Source: Candidatus Altimarinota bacterium
Lineage (GTDB): Bacteria > Patescibacteriota > Gracilibacteria > UBA4473
Direction: 5' to 3'
Assembly: GCA_020631075.1 (NCBI GenBank)
Contig: JAHDHX010000006.1
Coordinates: 42,243-106,242 of the forward strand
Length of the DNA: 64,000 nucleotides
A program made the position numbers and the translations under genes. Shown here one piece after another: positions 38,256-48,350 of this stretch. The first letter of the stretch is position 1; each line of letters begins with the position of its first letter. The notes below the pieces were generated by a model, which was not told the DNA's origin, did not search any database, and was given only the letters and a program-made list of their open reading frames with translations.

Positions 38256-38927
38256 ATGCCCCACTCCCCTCCCCTCGACCTCTCCCCCTACCGCGCGATT
38301 TTTTTCGACTTCGACTACACCCTGGCGGACTCCGCCGCCCCCCTCACCCAAGCGCTGAATCTCGCCCTGCGCGACCTCGGCCACCCACAGTTCACTCGGC
38401 ACGACATCTGCCAGCACATGGGCAAACCCATCGAATGGATCATCGCCCACCTCCTCCAGACCACCGACCAAGCCACCGTTTTGCAGATCACCCACCTCTT
38501 CCGCCAACACGCCGAAGTCCTCATGCCACAGGGCACCCAGCTTTTTCCAGAATCCATCCCCACCCTCAGGGTCCTCCACCACACGCACCAGCTCGGCATC
38601 GTCACCACCAAGCCCCGCCCCCAGCTCGACCCCTGCCTGCACCAGCACCACATTTTTGACCTCTTTTCCTACCTCTGTGGCGGCGACCAGGTGGCCGAAT
38701 TCAAACCCCACCCGCAGGGCCTCCTTGAAGGACTAACCGCCCTCGACCTCACCCCCAGCCAGCTGCTGTTTGTGGGCGACAGCTTCGCTGACAGCGGCGC
38801 CGCCACCGCCGCAGGGGTTGACTTCATCGGGGTCACCTGTGGCAACCACACCGTGGCCGAGTTCCAGCAACACGCCCATCCAGTGGCCATCTTCCCCGAT
38901 GTCAGCTATCTTCTTCACCACACATAA
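38256..38927 (+). CDS. HAD family hydrolase (phosphoglycolate phosphatase-like)
   Basis: FDFDYTLADS, GIVTTK, KPHP, FVGDSFAD. Confidence 0.9.
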   Translation: MPHSPPLDLSPYRAIFFDFDYTLADSAAPLTQALNLALRDLGHPQFTRHDICQHMGKPIEWIIAHLLQTTDQATVLQITHLFRQHAEVLMPQGTQLFPESIPTLRVLHHTHQLGIVTTKPRPQLDPCLHQHHIFDLFSYLCGGDQVAEFKPHPQGLLEGLTALDLTPSQLLFVGDSFADSGAATAAGVDFIGVTCGNHTVAEFQQHAHPVAIFPDVSYLLHHT

Positions 38928-39151
38928 ACCCCCCATTTCCCCTTTACACCCCCCCCATTCCCCCTACATTCTGACCGTTCTTTTGAGCTCTCCGTTTCGC
39001 ACCCCACCGTGCAGATAAATGAGCCCCCTCTCCGCGTTGTCCCCTCTTTTGGGGCCCTGCGTCAGTCACAGGGGCGGTCACCTTGGGCCCCCGCGAAGCA
39101 CCTTTCTTCTCGCCACCTCCGTGGTGTCATTTTTTTTATAAAGACTGCTTC

Positions 39152-42100
39152 ATGGCCCCCGTCGTCAAAAAAAATCTCAACCTCCCCGATCACCTTAAAC
39201 CCGCTAAGACAGAAGCAGGGCGTTATTTCTTTACCGACATCGGCGAAGACTTCCCCGTCCCCAACCTCATCGAAGTCCAAACCAATTCCTACAATTGGTT
39301 TTTGAAAAAAGGCCTCGACGAACTCATCCAAGAGATCAACCCCATCGAAGACGCCACTAAGAAAAAACTCCGCCTCGAAATCCTCAACTACGAAATCGAG
39401 AAACCCAAAAACCCGATCGACATCTGCAAGCGCAAGGGCATGACCTACGAATCCGTCATCCGCGCCCACGTCGCCCTGACCAACCTCGAGACAGGCGAGA
39501 TCAAAGAGCAAGACGTCTACTTCGGGCAGATTCCCCTCATCACCGACTACGGGACCTTCATCGTCAACGGCATCGAACGGATCATCGTCTCGCAGATCGT
39601 CCGCTCCCCGGGCATCTTCTTCCTGCCCAATATGTCCCTCCCTGGGTCATTTCAGGCCAAGATGATCCCCAAACGCGGCGCCTGGCTCGAAGTCGAAGTC
39701 GACAAACGCGGCGCCATGTGGGTCAAAGTTGACCGCAAGCGCAAGATCCCCGTCACGATGTTCATTCGGGCCTTTGGCTACAGCACCGACGAAGAAATCA
39801 AAGACCTCTTCAAGAAGCAATCCAAAGCCGTCGGCATCGACAAAGACTTCATCCGCAAAACCCTCGACCGCGACGACACCACCAACGACCGCGAAGCCTG
39901 GCAAGGCGTCTATAAGCGTATCCGCCCGGGCGACCTCGCCACCCCTGACAACGCGCGGAATTTCATTATGGACTTGTTCACCAACTACCGAAAATACGAC
40001 CTCGGCCCGATCGCTCGGTACAAGATAAACCAGAAATTCAACCTCAAGACCAAAACCGACGCCGAAGGCCGCGTGTTTAATATCTCCGACTTCATCGAGC
40101 TCGTCCGCGAGCTGATCTTGCTCAATAACAAACAAGGTTCAGGTCCCGACGACATCGACCACCTCTGCAACCGCCGCATCCGCGGCGTGGGTGAGCTCAT
40201 CCAAGCCAAATTCCGCGTTGGTCTCCTGCGGACAGAGCGCATCATCCGTGACAGGATGTCCATCGTCGAGCTCGAATCCGTCACCCCCACCCAGATCGTC
40301 AACTGTCGGCCCATCACGGCCGCCATGCACGAGTTCTTCGCCTCCAGCCAGCTCTCCCAGTTCATGGACCAGACCAACCCCCTCGCCGAGCTCGAGCACA
40401 AACGCCGCATCTCCGCCATGGGGCCAGGCGGCCTCACGCGGGAGCGCGCCAGCTTTGAAGTGCGTGACGTCCACCCCTCACACTACGGCCGCATCTGCCC
40501 CGTCACCACCCCCGAAGGGCCCAATATCGGTCTGGTGCTCCATCTGGCCACCTTTGCCAAGGTCAACGAAATGGGCTTCATCGAAACCCCCTACCGCACC
40601 GTGGCCACCACGGTCAAAAATGACGGAAAAGCCGCTATCGGTCGCCGCGCAGGCACCGACATCACCCTCGGCAAAGACAAAAAGCCCACCGTCACCCGCG
40701 GTCAGGTCATCACCAAAGCCACCGCCGAAAAACTCGGTAAAGACAAAGACCTCAAAGTCGTACCCGTTCACCCCTACGTCACGTCCGACGTCCAATACTA
40801 CAACGCCGACACCGAGAAATCTCTCTGCATCGCCCAAGCCAACTCCCCGCTTAATGAGCTCGGCGAGTTCATCGACGACTCCGTTTCCGCCCGTCGCGGG
40901 TTCGAGCCGGGCACCTACCCCGCCGACATCATTTCTCACATCGACGTCTCCCCCAAGCAAATCGTGTCGCTTTCCACCTCGATGATCTCCTTCCTCGAGC
41001 ACGACGACAACACCCGCGCCCTCATGGGGTCAAACATGCAGCGCCAAGCCGTCCCTCTCATCAAACCCGACTCCCCGATCGTCGGTACAGGTATGGAACG
41101 CATCACCTCCGCCACCCAGTGCATCCGCACCCCCGAGGCAGGTGAGGTCAAGTCCGCCGACTCGTCCGAGGTCGTCTTCGTCGGCGAGAGCGGCAAGAAA
41201 TACAAATACGAAGTCCGCAACTTCCAACGAACCAACCAGTCCACCTGCATCCACCATCGGGTGCAAGTCACCGCTGGGCAAAAGCTCAAAGCCAACGACG
41301 TGCTGATCGACGGGTCATCTGTGCAAGGGGGTGAAGCCGCCCTCGGCCAAAACCTCCTCGTCGCATACATGAGCTGGTCCGGCTACAACTTCGAGGACGC
41401 CGTCATCGTGTCAGACCGCGTCGTCCGCGAAGGCCTGTTTAACTCCATCCATATTGAAAAGTACGAGATGGACGTCCGCGACACTAAGCTCGGCCCAGAG
41501 GAAATGACCGCCGACATCCCCAATGTCGCCGCCAACCGACTCAAAGACCTTGACCACGAGGGGATAGTCCGCATCGGGTCAACCGTGCTCGCGGGCGACC
41601 TCTTGGCGGGGAAGGTCACCCCCAAAGGGGAAACCGAACTCACCGCGGAGGACCGACTCTTACGCGCCATCTTCGGTGAGAAAGCCCACGACGTGAAAGA
41701 CAGCTCCATGCGCCTCCCCCGTGGGAGCGGCGGAAAAGTCATCGACGTTGAGGTGCTCGACCGCGCCAAAGGCGACGACCTCCCCACCTCAGTGCTCAAA
41801 CGCATTCAGGTAAAAGTCGCCCAACTCCGTCACCTGCAAGCGGGTGACAAGATGGCTGGTCGCCACGGGAATAAAGGCGTCATCTCCAAGATCGTCCCCG
41901 TCGAAGATATGCCCCACCTCGAGGACGGCACACCCGTCGACATCATCTTGAATCCCCTCGGTGTCTCCTCACGGATGAACATCGGCCAAATTCTCGAAAC
42001 CCACCTCGGCATGGCCGCCCGCCAGATGGGCATCAAGATCGCCACCCCCGTCCTCGCTGGCATCAGCATCGAACAGATCCAAGAATTCCTGAAATCCAAC

Positions 42101-42742
42101 GACATGCCCGAAGACGGCAAGTTCCAGCTCTACGACGGCCGCACGGGTGAACCCTTCGACCACAAAACCGTCGTCGGTATTGCCTACATGTTGAAACTCA
42201 TCCACTTGGTCGAAGACAAAGTCCACGCTCGGTCCGTCGGGCCCTACTCACTCGTCACCCAGCAACCATTTGGTGGGAAGGCGCAAAACGGTGGCCAACG
42301 TTTCGGTGAGATGGAAGTCTGGGCCCTCGAAGCCTACGGTGCCGCCCACACCCTGCAAGAAATCCTCACCGTCAAGTCCGACGACGTCCACGGCCGCTCC
42401 AAAGCCTACGAGCACATCGTGAAGGGCATGGACATCGAGCTCGGGTCTATCCCCGAGTCATTCAACGTCTTGGTCAAAGAGCTCCAATCCCTCTGTCTCA
42501 AGGTCGACCTGATGAAAGACGGCCGCACCATGGACGGCGACAGCATCCACCTTGATGTTGAGGACGACCCCGACACCTTCGCCATCGAGCAATCATCCGA
42601 CGTCACCCAGGTCGACGACTCTGGCACGTCAGCCGCCGCAGGTGCGGGCATCTCGCTGGAGGGCGAAGCCACTGGCGTCGAAGACAACACCACCGACGCT
42701 GTCAGTGACTCAGGCGACAGCCCTGACACCCCCGCTGCATAA
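39152..42742 (+). CDS. rpoB: DNA-directed RNA polymerase subunit beta
   Basis: SQLSQFMDQTNP, TPEGPNIGL, MGSNMQRQA, GDKMAGRHGNKG, GGQRFGEMEVWALEAYGA. Confidence 0.99.
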   Translation: MAPVVKKNLNLPDHLKPAKTEAGRYFFTDIGEDFPVPNLIEVQTNSYNWFLKKGLDELIQEINPIEDATKKKLRLEILNYEIEKPKNPIDICKRKGMTYESVIRAHVALTNLETGEIKEQDVYFGQIPLITDYGTFIVNGIERIIVSQIVRSPGIFFLPNMSLPGSFQAKMIPKRGAWLEVEVDKRGAMWVKVDRKRKIPVTMFIRAFGYSTDEEIKDLFKKQSKAVGIDKDFIRKTLDRDDTTNDREAWQGVYKRIRPGDLATPDNARNFIMDLFTNYRKYDLGPIARYKINQKFNLKTKTDAEGRVFNISDFIELVRELILLNNKQGSGPDDIDHLCNRRIRGVGELIQAKFRVGLLRTERIIRDRMSIVELESVTPTQIVNCRPITAAMHEFFASSQLSQFMDQTNPLAELEHKRRISAMGPGGLTRERASFEVRDVHPSHYGRICPVTTPEGPNIGLVLHLATFAKVNEMGFIETPYRTVATTVKNDGKAAIGRRAGTDITLGKDKKPTVTRGQVITKATAEKLGKDKDLKVVPVHPYVTSDVQYYNADTEKSLCIAQANSPLNELGEFIDDSVSARRGFEPGTYPADIISHIDVSPKQIVSLSTSMISFLEHDDNTRALMGSNMQRQAVPLIKPDSPIVGTGMERITSATQCIRTPEAGEVKSADSSEVVFVGESGKKYKYEVRNFQRTNQSTCIHHRVQVTAGQKLKANDVLIDGSSVQGGEAALGQNLLVAYMSWSGYNFEDAVIVSDRVVREGLFNSIHIEKYEMDVRDTKLGPEEMTADIPNVAANRLKDLDHEGIVRIGSTVLAGDLLAGKVTPKGETELTAEDRLLRAIFGEKAHDVKDSSMRLPRGSGGKVIDVEVLDRAKGDDLPTSVLKRIQVKVAQLRHLQAGDKMAGRHGNKGVISKIVPVEDMPHLEDGTPVDIILNPLGVSSRMNIGQILETHLGMAARQMGIKIATPVLAGISIEQIQEFLKSNDMPEDGKFQLYDGRTGEPFDHKTVVGIAYMLKLIHLVEDKVHARSVGPYSLVTQQPFGGKAQNGGQRFGEMEVWALEAYGAAHTLQEILTVKSDDVHGRSKAYEHIVKGMDIELGSIPESFNVLVKELQSLCLKVDLMKDGRTMDGDSIHLDVEDDPDTFAIEQSSDVTQVDDSGTSAAAGAGISLEGEATGVEDNTTDAVSDSGDSPDTPAA

Positions 42743-42755
42743 CCAGCAGCACACA

Positions 42756-42823
42756 GGAGCCTGACTCTACAGGCTCCTCACCTACTCCAAAAGCCCTGAG
42801 GATCACCTCAGGGCTTTTTTTTT
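42756..42823 (+). terminator. Tandem hairpins ending in a Rho-independent terminator after rpoB
   Basis: AGGAGCCTG-ACTCTA-CAGGCTCCT, then AAAAGCCCTGAG-GATCAC-CTCAGGGC followed by T9. Confidence 0.85.
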
Positions 42824-42859
42824 ACCATCAAATATTCACCCCCTCTCCAGCACTCCCCC

Positions 42860-43678
42860 CTACTCTTTCAGCGCCGCCCGCATATCACTTATAAACCCCT
42901 CCGCCGCGGGCAGCTGCACCTGCGCTTCGTCCAGCAGCCGCTGGGCCGAAGCCCGCCAGCGATACGCCAGCACATGGTCAGGCTCCTCCCGCAGTTTGAG
43001 CATCAGCAACTGCGCTTGAAATATATCCACCAGCGCCAGACTACGGTTCGACAGCGTCACCGTCTTCAGTCGGTGTATCCCATCCCAGATCATCACCTCC
43101 ACCACCTCACTGTCCCCCGCCTCATCCAGCACCAGGTCCCGCACCCGCATCGCCACTTGTTCTATTTCTTGCAGTGTTTCACGGTTTTCGTGTTGGCCAT
43201 ACGCCGTGTCCACGCCCCACGCCGTCCGCACGACAAATTTCCGCGTCGCCACCTCGGTCACTTCTTCTCGCGGCGTCCACAGCCCCAGTCGCCGCGCCGT
43301 CGCCACCCCCGCGCTATACCACGGCGCACCCGCCTCCGCTGGCGCCAGGTCATACGCTCGGTGCAGCAGCGTCAACCACTCCGCCTTGGTCAGCACCGCG
43401 TCATCTGGCGGCACTTCATCAATGATCCCCAAACTCACCGCCGTCTCCAGGTTGCCTTCCGTTTCGGTCAGCTTCATCAAAAAGCCCACCGCGTGGGACT
43501 TCAGGATTGTTTCATCCAACCGTGCCTCCCCGTCTATCCCGCCAAATATTCCTCGCTGGTGTAAAATTTCCACCCGCAGCTGGTCATACACCCCCGACAC
43601 ATCCTCGAAGAGCGCCCAAGTCGTCCCCCCCAGCAGGCCCACACACAGCGTCAGCAGCAGTCCATATTTCAGCTTCAT
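42860..43678 (-). CDS. Secreted protein with degenerate SLH-like repeats
   Basis: Signal peptide; LHQRGIFGGIDGEARLDETILKSHA, AVSLGII...LTKAEW, ARRLGL...ATRKFV. Confidence 0.6.
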   Translation of the reverse strand: MKLKYGLLLTLCVGLLGGTTWALFEDVSGVYDQLRVEILHQRGIFGGIDGEARLDETILKSHAVGFLMKLTETEGNLETAVSLGIIDEVPPDDAVLTKAEWLTLLHRAYDLAPAEAGAPWYSAGVATARRLGLWTPREEVTEVATRKFVVRTAWGVDTAYGQHENRETLQEIEQVAMRVRDLVLDEAGDSEVVEVMIWDGIHRLKTVTLSNRSLALVDIFQAQLLMLKLREEPDHVLAYRWRASAQRLLDEAQVQLPAAEGFISDMRAALKE

Positions 43679-43727
43679 CACTGTGAATCTAAACCCTCAG
43701 CACCTGCCAGGCAAGACGATCTCCCCC

Positions 43728-46700
43728 CTACTTCCCCCCCAACATCCCGATCTCCCCACACAGCTCTTTATACCAGTGCACCGACAGCCCATCCAGCTGC
43801 AGCTTCAGCGCCTCCGCCGTCACCTTCCACTGGTGGGGTGACCCACGCAGCAGCCCCATCAGCTGATCAGGCTTAAACCCACTCCCCAGCCGTAGCACTA
43901 TTTCATACGACCGTCGCGTCGCCTTACGGATCCGCACCCCCACCAGGTTCGCATCCCGCAGGAGCAGCTTCAGACGGATCACACGGATTAGGTTTTCCAC
44001 CTCCTCGGGCAACGTCCCGTAATCATCCTTCAGGCTGAGCCGCAGCTCGCGCAGCCCCTCTTCTGTCGTCACCCCCGCCAGCTCTTGGTACAGGCGGATT
44101 TTCTCATCACTCGAAGGAATGTACGTCGCGGGGATGTACGCCGACAACGGCACCTCCACCGTAATGTTCTCCGTTTCCTCTATTTCCTCGCTCAGCTCCC
44201 CCGCCTTCATTTTTTCGATGGTCTTGTTCAGCATACGGATGAAGTGACTCACCCCCACCGTCTTCATCGCCCCGCTCTGGCTCGCCCCCAGCACTTCCCC
44301 CGCCCCACGGATTTCCAAGTCCCGCATCGCTATCTGGAACCCACTCCCCAGCTCCGCCGCCTCCACGATCGCCCGCAACCGTTTCCGAGCCTCTATTTCC
44401 AGCTTCTGTCCGTGGTACAGGAAGTACGCATACGCCTGCGTGCGGCTCCGCCCCACGCGTCCCCGCAGCTGGTACAGCTGCGACAAGCCAAATTTCTCCG
44501 CACGGTTGACCAGCAACGTGTTCGCCCGCGCCAGGTCAATCCCATTTTCAATGATCGTCGAAGCCACCAGCACGTGTGCTTTCCCCTCCTTGAAGTTATG
44601 TATCCGCTTTTCCAGCTCCTGCGGGCTCAGCTGCCCATGCGCAATGATAAACTTCGCCTCAGGTATCAACGCCCGCAGCTGCATGGTTTGCCCCTCGATG
44701 GTTTTCACCTCATTGTGGAGGAAATACACCTGCCCCCCCCGCTCTATCTCCAGCAATATCCGCTCACGGATCAAGTTCAGGTTATACTTCCGCACCTCCG
44801 TCACCACGGGCAACCGCCCAGGCGGCGGCGTGGTAATGGTTGAAATATCCTTGAGCTTATTCAGGCTCATGTTCAGCGTTCGGGGTATCGGCGTCGCCGT
44901 CATCGTCAGCAGGTCCACATTCGCCCGCAGTTTTTTTATCTTTTCCTTTTGCTTCACCCCAAACCGCTGTTCCTCGTCGATCACCAGCAACCCCAGATTT
45001 TCAAAATCAATATCCTTCGACAGCAGACGGTGCGTCCCAATGATGATGTCCACCAACCCCGTTTTGAGGTTCACTATGATTTTCTTCTGCTCCGCCGCCG
45101 TCTGAAACCGAGTTAAGAGCGCCACTCGCACCCCATAGTCCACCTCCCCGATCCGCTTCATCAAACTTTCATAGTGCTGCTCCGCCAGGATGGTTATCGG
45201 CGCCAAGATAGCAGCCTGCTTCCCACTGACAAAAGCCTTAAACGCCGACCGCATCGCGATCTCCGTCTTCCCAAACCCGACATCCCCACACACCAGTCGG
45301 TCCATCACCTTCGGCGACTCCATATCCCGCTGCACATCCGCCCACGCACTAGCCTGCCCAGGGGTCAGTTCATATGGGAAGGCCTGACAAAATTGCTTCA
45401 GTCTCTCATCTTCCGCTACAAATTTCTGACCCCTAGCCATCTCCCGCGCGGCGTAGAGCTTCAGCAAGTCCCCCGCGATTTTTTCCGTCTCTTTTTTAAT
45501 CTTTCGCTGCGTCTTGGCCCACTCGGCCGAACCCAGTCGCGTCAGCTTCGGCACATCATCCCCGATAAATTTCACCACCTTTTCCGCCGACTCCACCGGC
45601 AGATACAGCTTGTCATTGTGCGCATACTCCAGCTTCAGGTACTCGCGTATCCCCCCCCACGCGTCTCCCATATCCCGCTGCACTATCCCCCCAAACTGCG
45701 CCAACCCATGGTCAGAGTGCACCACATAGTCATTGGGCTTCAGACTCGTGACAAAGTTCACATTCATCCCCGCCACCGCCGCTTTTCCCGCCCGACGGCT
45801 AAACTGAAATATCTCCCGATCCGTCAGAAACAGAATCTTCTGCTCATTGTTCTGAAACGAATGCGGCAAAAACGCTTCCCCCCCCACAGGAATGATCTTC
45901 AGCGTCGAAGGCGTTTCGTCTGCCAGATCCTGCGTATACATCACCTTCTTGTCCTGCAATATCCCCTCCACTTCATCCAGTCGCTTCGTCGCTATCACTA
46001 TTGTGTACTCCCGCCGCAGCCGCTCTTTCATGTCCACCACGAAGTCCTGCAGCGTATAAAACGGCAACACCGAGAAAAAATTCAAATGAAAAAACCGCTC
46101 TTCCTCCTGCGGGAAGGTCGTAAATTTCAGCTTCCGCATCCCGATCTGCTCACAGACATCTTGGTCCAAATCATCCGAGATAAACACATTGTCTTTCCCC
46201 TCCAGCCATTCCATCAGTTTTCCACTCATCCCCGCTATTTCCACTGGCGTCAGCGTCACCTTCTTGACCGCCTTCCCGAGGGTTTCGCCCGTCAACGTGT
46301 CCACTTTCGTTATCCGTTCCACCTCATCCCCAAAAAGCTCCAAACGGTAACACCCCTCACTATCGAGCGGATACACCAGCAAGTTTTCCCCCGTCCGTAA
46401 AAATTCCCCAGGCCGCACATGGCGGTCTTCCGCTGGCTCATACCCCATCGCTTCCAGCTGCCCAAACAGCTTAAATATCTCCACCGTCTCCCCCGCCGTC
46501 ACCGTCAACAGATGTTTTTTCAGCTCCACCTTCGACGGCACCACCGACGCCAGCGCCGCCGCAATGTCTTCAAACAGAAAGATTTGCCGCCGCTTCCGCC
46601 CGAGCGCCCGCTGCAATTGGTAAAAATCCCCCATCTGCACCTCTCTCGGCACGAGGTGTATCTCCTCCGTCAGGAAGCACGCCGCACTCTGCGCCAGGTC

Positions 46701-46901
46701 ATCCGCCTGCTCATCCTGCGACGCCCACAGCACATGGCCCCCCTCGGGCAGGTGCTCCAGCAACCGCTGCACCGTGAAGCTCTTGGCCGCAGGGTTCGCT
46801 AAATTCACTAAACTCAATGTCTCTTTTCCCCCCAGCACCTTCGCTGGCTCCGTCAGGTCCAGCTCAAAAGGCAACCGAAACGTCATCGCTGCTTTCGTCA
46901 T
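43728..46901 (-). CDS. mfd: Transcription-repair coupling factor
   Basis: YVVHSDHG, MDRLVCGDVGFGKTE, IDEEQRFGV, TATPIPRTL, QLRGRVGRS, DLEIRGAG. Confidence 0.97.
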   Translation of the reverse strand: MTKAAMTFRLPFELDLTEPAKVLGGKETLSLVNLANPAAKSFTVQRLLEHLPEGGHVLWASQDEQADDLAQSAACFLTEEIHLVPREVQMGDFYQLQRALGRKRRQIFLFEDIAAALASVVPSKVELKKHLLTVTAGETVEIFKLFGQLEAMGYEPAEDRHVRPGEFLRTGENLLVYPLDSEGCYRLELFGDEVERITKVDTLTGETLGKAVKKVTLTPVEIAGMSGKLMEWLEGKDNVFISDDLDQDVCEQIGMRKLKFTTFPQEEERFFHLNFFSVLPFYTLQDFVVDMKERLRREYTIVIATKRLDEVEGILQDKKVMYTQDLADETPSTLKIIPVGGEAFLPHSFQNNEQKILFLTDREIFQFSRRAGKAAVAGMNVNFVTSLKPNDYVVHSDHGLAQFGGIVQRDMGDAWGGIREYLKLEYAHNDKLYLPVESAEKVVKFIGDDVPKLTRLGSAEWAKTQRKIKKETEKIAGDLLKLYAAREMARGQKFVAEDERLKQFCQAFPYELTPGQASAWADVQRDMESPKVMDRLVCGDVGFGKTEIAMRSAFKAFVSGKQAAILAPITILAEQHYESLMKRIGEVDYGVRVALLTRFQTAAEQKKIIVNLKTGLVDIIIGTHRLLSKDIDFENLGLLVIDEEQRFGVKQKEKIKKLRANVDLLTMTATPIPRTLNMSLNKLKDISTITTPPPGRLPVVTEVRKYNLNLIRERILLEIERGGQVYFLHNEVKTIEGQTMQLRALIPEAKFIIAHGQLSPQELEKRIHNFKEGKAHVLVASTIIENGIDLARANTLLVNRAEKFGLSQLYQLRGRVGRSRTQAYAYFLYHGQKLEIEARKRLRAIVEAAELGSGFQIAMRDLEIRGAGEVLGASQSGAMKTVGVSHFIRMLNKTIEKMKAGELSEEIEETENITVEVPLSAYIPATYIPSSDEKIRLYQELAGVTTEEGLRELRLSLKDDYGTLPEEVENLIRVIRLKLLLRDANLVGVRIRKATRRSYEIVLRLGSGFKPDQLMGLLRGSPHQWKVTAEALKLQLDGLSVHWYKELCGEIGMLGGK

Positions 46902-47059
46902 GCAAAATTATATCAAGCAATGTTCAGCATTCTCGCTGATTCACTCAGGCATAAGCCCGGAAATCTCCCCCCATGTATTAAAACGACCCCCGAGAGTGTC
47001 GCACTCTGGGTCACCGCGGAGTATGGCCAGGCCGACCCCCCTGTCAAATTTTCTCAGAC

Positions 47060-47686
47060 TTAGGTCAAATCCACTGGCTTACACGCCCTCATCATCTCAT
47101 TCGCTTTCATTAAACCTTTAGCCCAACGCGGACGTGCTTCTATAAAATCCTGAAGAGAAACCTGGTAGTTGTTTTTTGAGTATACTCGATTTATCTTTCC
47201 TATATCATGGGAAATATCTGGAATTCGATATTCTACTTCAAATTCATTTCCATTATTCTTTTCTCTAGATCGACCAGACAAATAATGTACAGGATTATCA
47301 TCCTGCCCATTTTCATATAAATATGGATGAAATGTCTGCTCATACTCTCCTCCATTGATCTCTTCTGCATTCTTTATAATTTCTTCCCCCACTTTCATCA
47401 TCTGCTTTTTCACCCCAGACAATAAGAAAATTTCAAGCCTAGAATAATTCAGTTTATTTTTCAAAAAAACAACATAGCCATTCAAATCAGACAAAAAACT
47501 ATGATTATTTTCATTATCTAAAACTCTCCATATTTTTGCAGCTCTTTTAATACCTCCCCTCGCCATCCCATTGATCAGCACATACAGCCCGATCAACTGT
47601 GTCGCATACTGCTCCTTTTCGGTCAACCTTTCCGCCCCCTCCCCGCTGAAAGGACAACGTCCCAAATTCTTATCAAGTTTTTTCAT
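47060..47686 (-). CDS. Hypothetical protein, paralog A
   Basis: Shares CPFSGEGAERLTEKEQYATQLIGLYVLINGMARG and ACKPVDL with the adjacent gene. Confidence 0.75.
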   Translation of the reverse strand: MKKLDKNLGRCPFSGEGAERLTEKEQYATQLIGLYVLINGMARGGIKRAAKIWRVLDNENNHSFLSDLNGYVVFLKNKLNYSRLEIFLLSGVKKQMMKVGEEIIKNAEEINGGEYEQTFHPYLYENGQDDNPVHYLSGRSREKNNGNEFEVEYRIPDISHDIGKINRVYSKNNYQVSLQDFIEARPRWAKGLMKANEMMRACKPVDLT

Positions 47687-47690
47687 TAAT

Positions 47691-48350
47691 TTAGGAAGAT
47701 ATTAAATCCACTGGCTTACACGCCATCATCATGGCATCCGCTTTCTCCAGTCCGTTTTTCAGTTCAGGCTTCTCTCGTATTAAATCTTCCAACGAAAAAG
47801 TACGATTTATTACATTTTCAACTATATATGCAATATCTGCCAATAAATTAGGGCGATAATTACTACTACTTTTCGGAGAATCTTTCGTTGGTTCCCTCAT
47901 CTTTCCTAAAAAATAGTCACTCACTGTGTCATCTTTCCCATATTTGTACAAACAAACATGAAACCCCTCATCACAATCAACTCCAGACTTTTCGGCTATT
48001 TTCACTTTATTTTCCCCCACTTGCCTCATTTGTGATTTCACAGACATGATCAAACTTGTTTCAAAGTCAGTGTAATTCAATCGAGCATGATTATTTTCAT
48101 CATATCTGAGAGAATTCATATAATTTTGCAGATCACCCAGGTAATCATGTTCTTTATCTTTCTGCAAACTCCCCCATATTTTCCCCGCTAGAAACGCATC
48201 CCCCCTCGCCATCCCATTTATCAGCACATACAGCCCGATCAACTGCGTCGCATACTGCTCCTTTTCGGTCAACCTTTCCGCCCCCTCCCCGCTAAAAGGA
48301 CATCCCTTGACCTTCTCCCCCTGCTTCTCTGGCCCATTATTGTTCTTCAT
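47691..48350 (-). CDS. Hypothetical protein, paralog B
   Basis: Tandem paralog of 47060-47686; TGnTATAGT lies 6 nt before its ATG. Confidence 0.75.
   Translation of the reverse strand: MKNNNGPEKQGEKVKGCPFSGEGAERLTEKEQYATQLIGLYVLINGMARGDAFLAGKIWGSLQKDKEHDYLGDLQNYMNSLRYDENNHARLNYTDFETSLIMSVKSQMRQVGENKVKIAEKSGVDCDEGFHVCLYKYGKDDTVSDYFLGKMREPTKDSPKSSSNYRPNLLADIAYIVENVINRTFSLEDLIREKPELKNGLEKADAMMMACKPVDLISS

Noticed and set aside
40330..40440. Rifampicin-resistant RpoB
   Set aside because: The cluster I residues (Q, D, H, S in SQFMDQTNPLAELEHKRRISA) match the sensitive consensus.
47060..48350. Diversity-generating retroelement template/variable repeat pair
   Set aside because: No reverse transcriptase nearby; the three differences are synonymous, lie in N-terminal coding parts of both genes and are not consistently adenine-specific.
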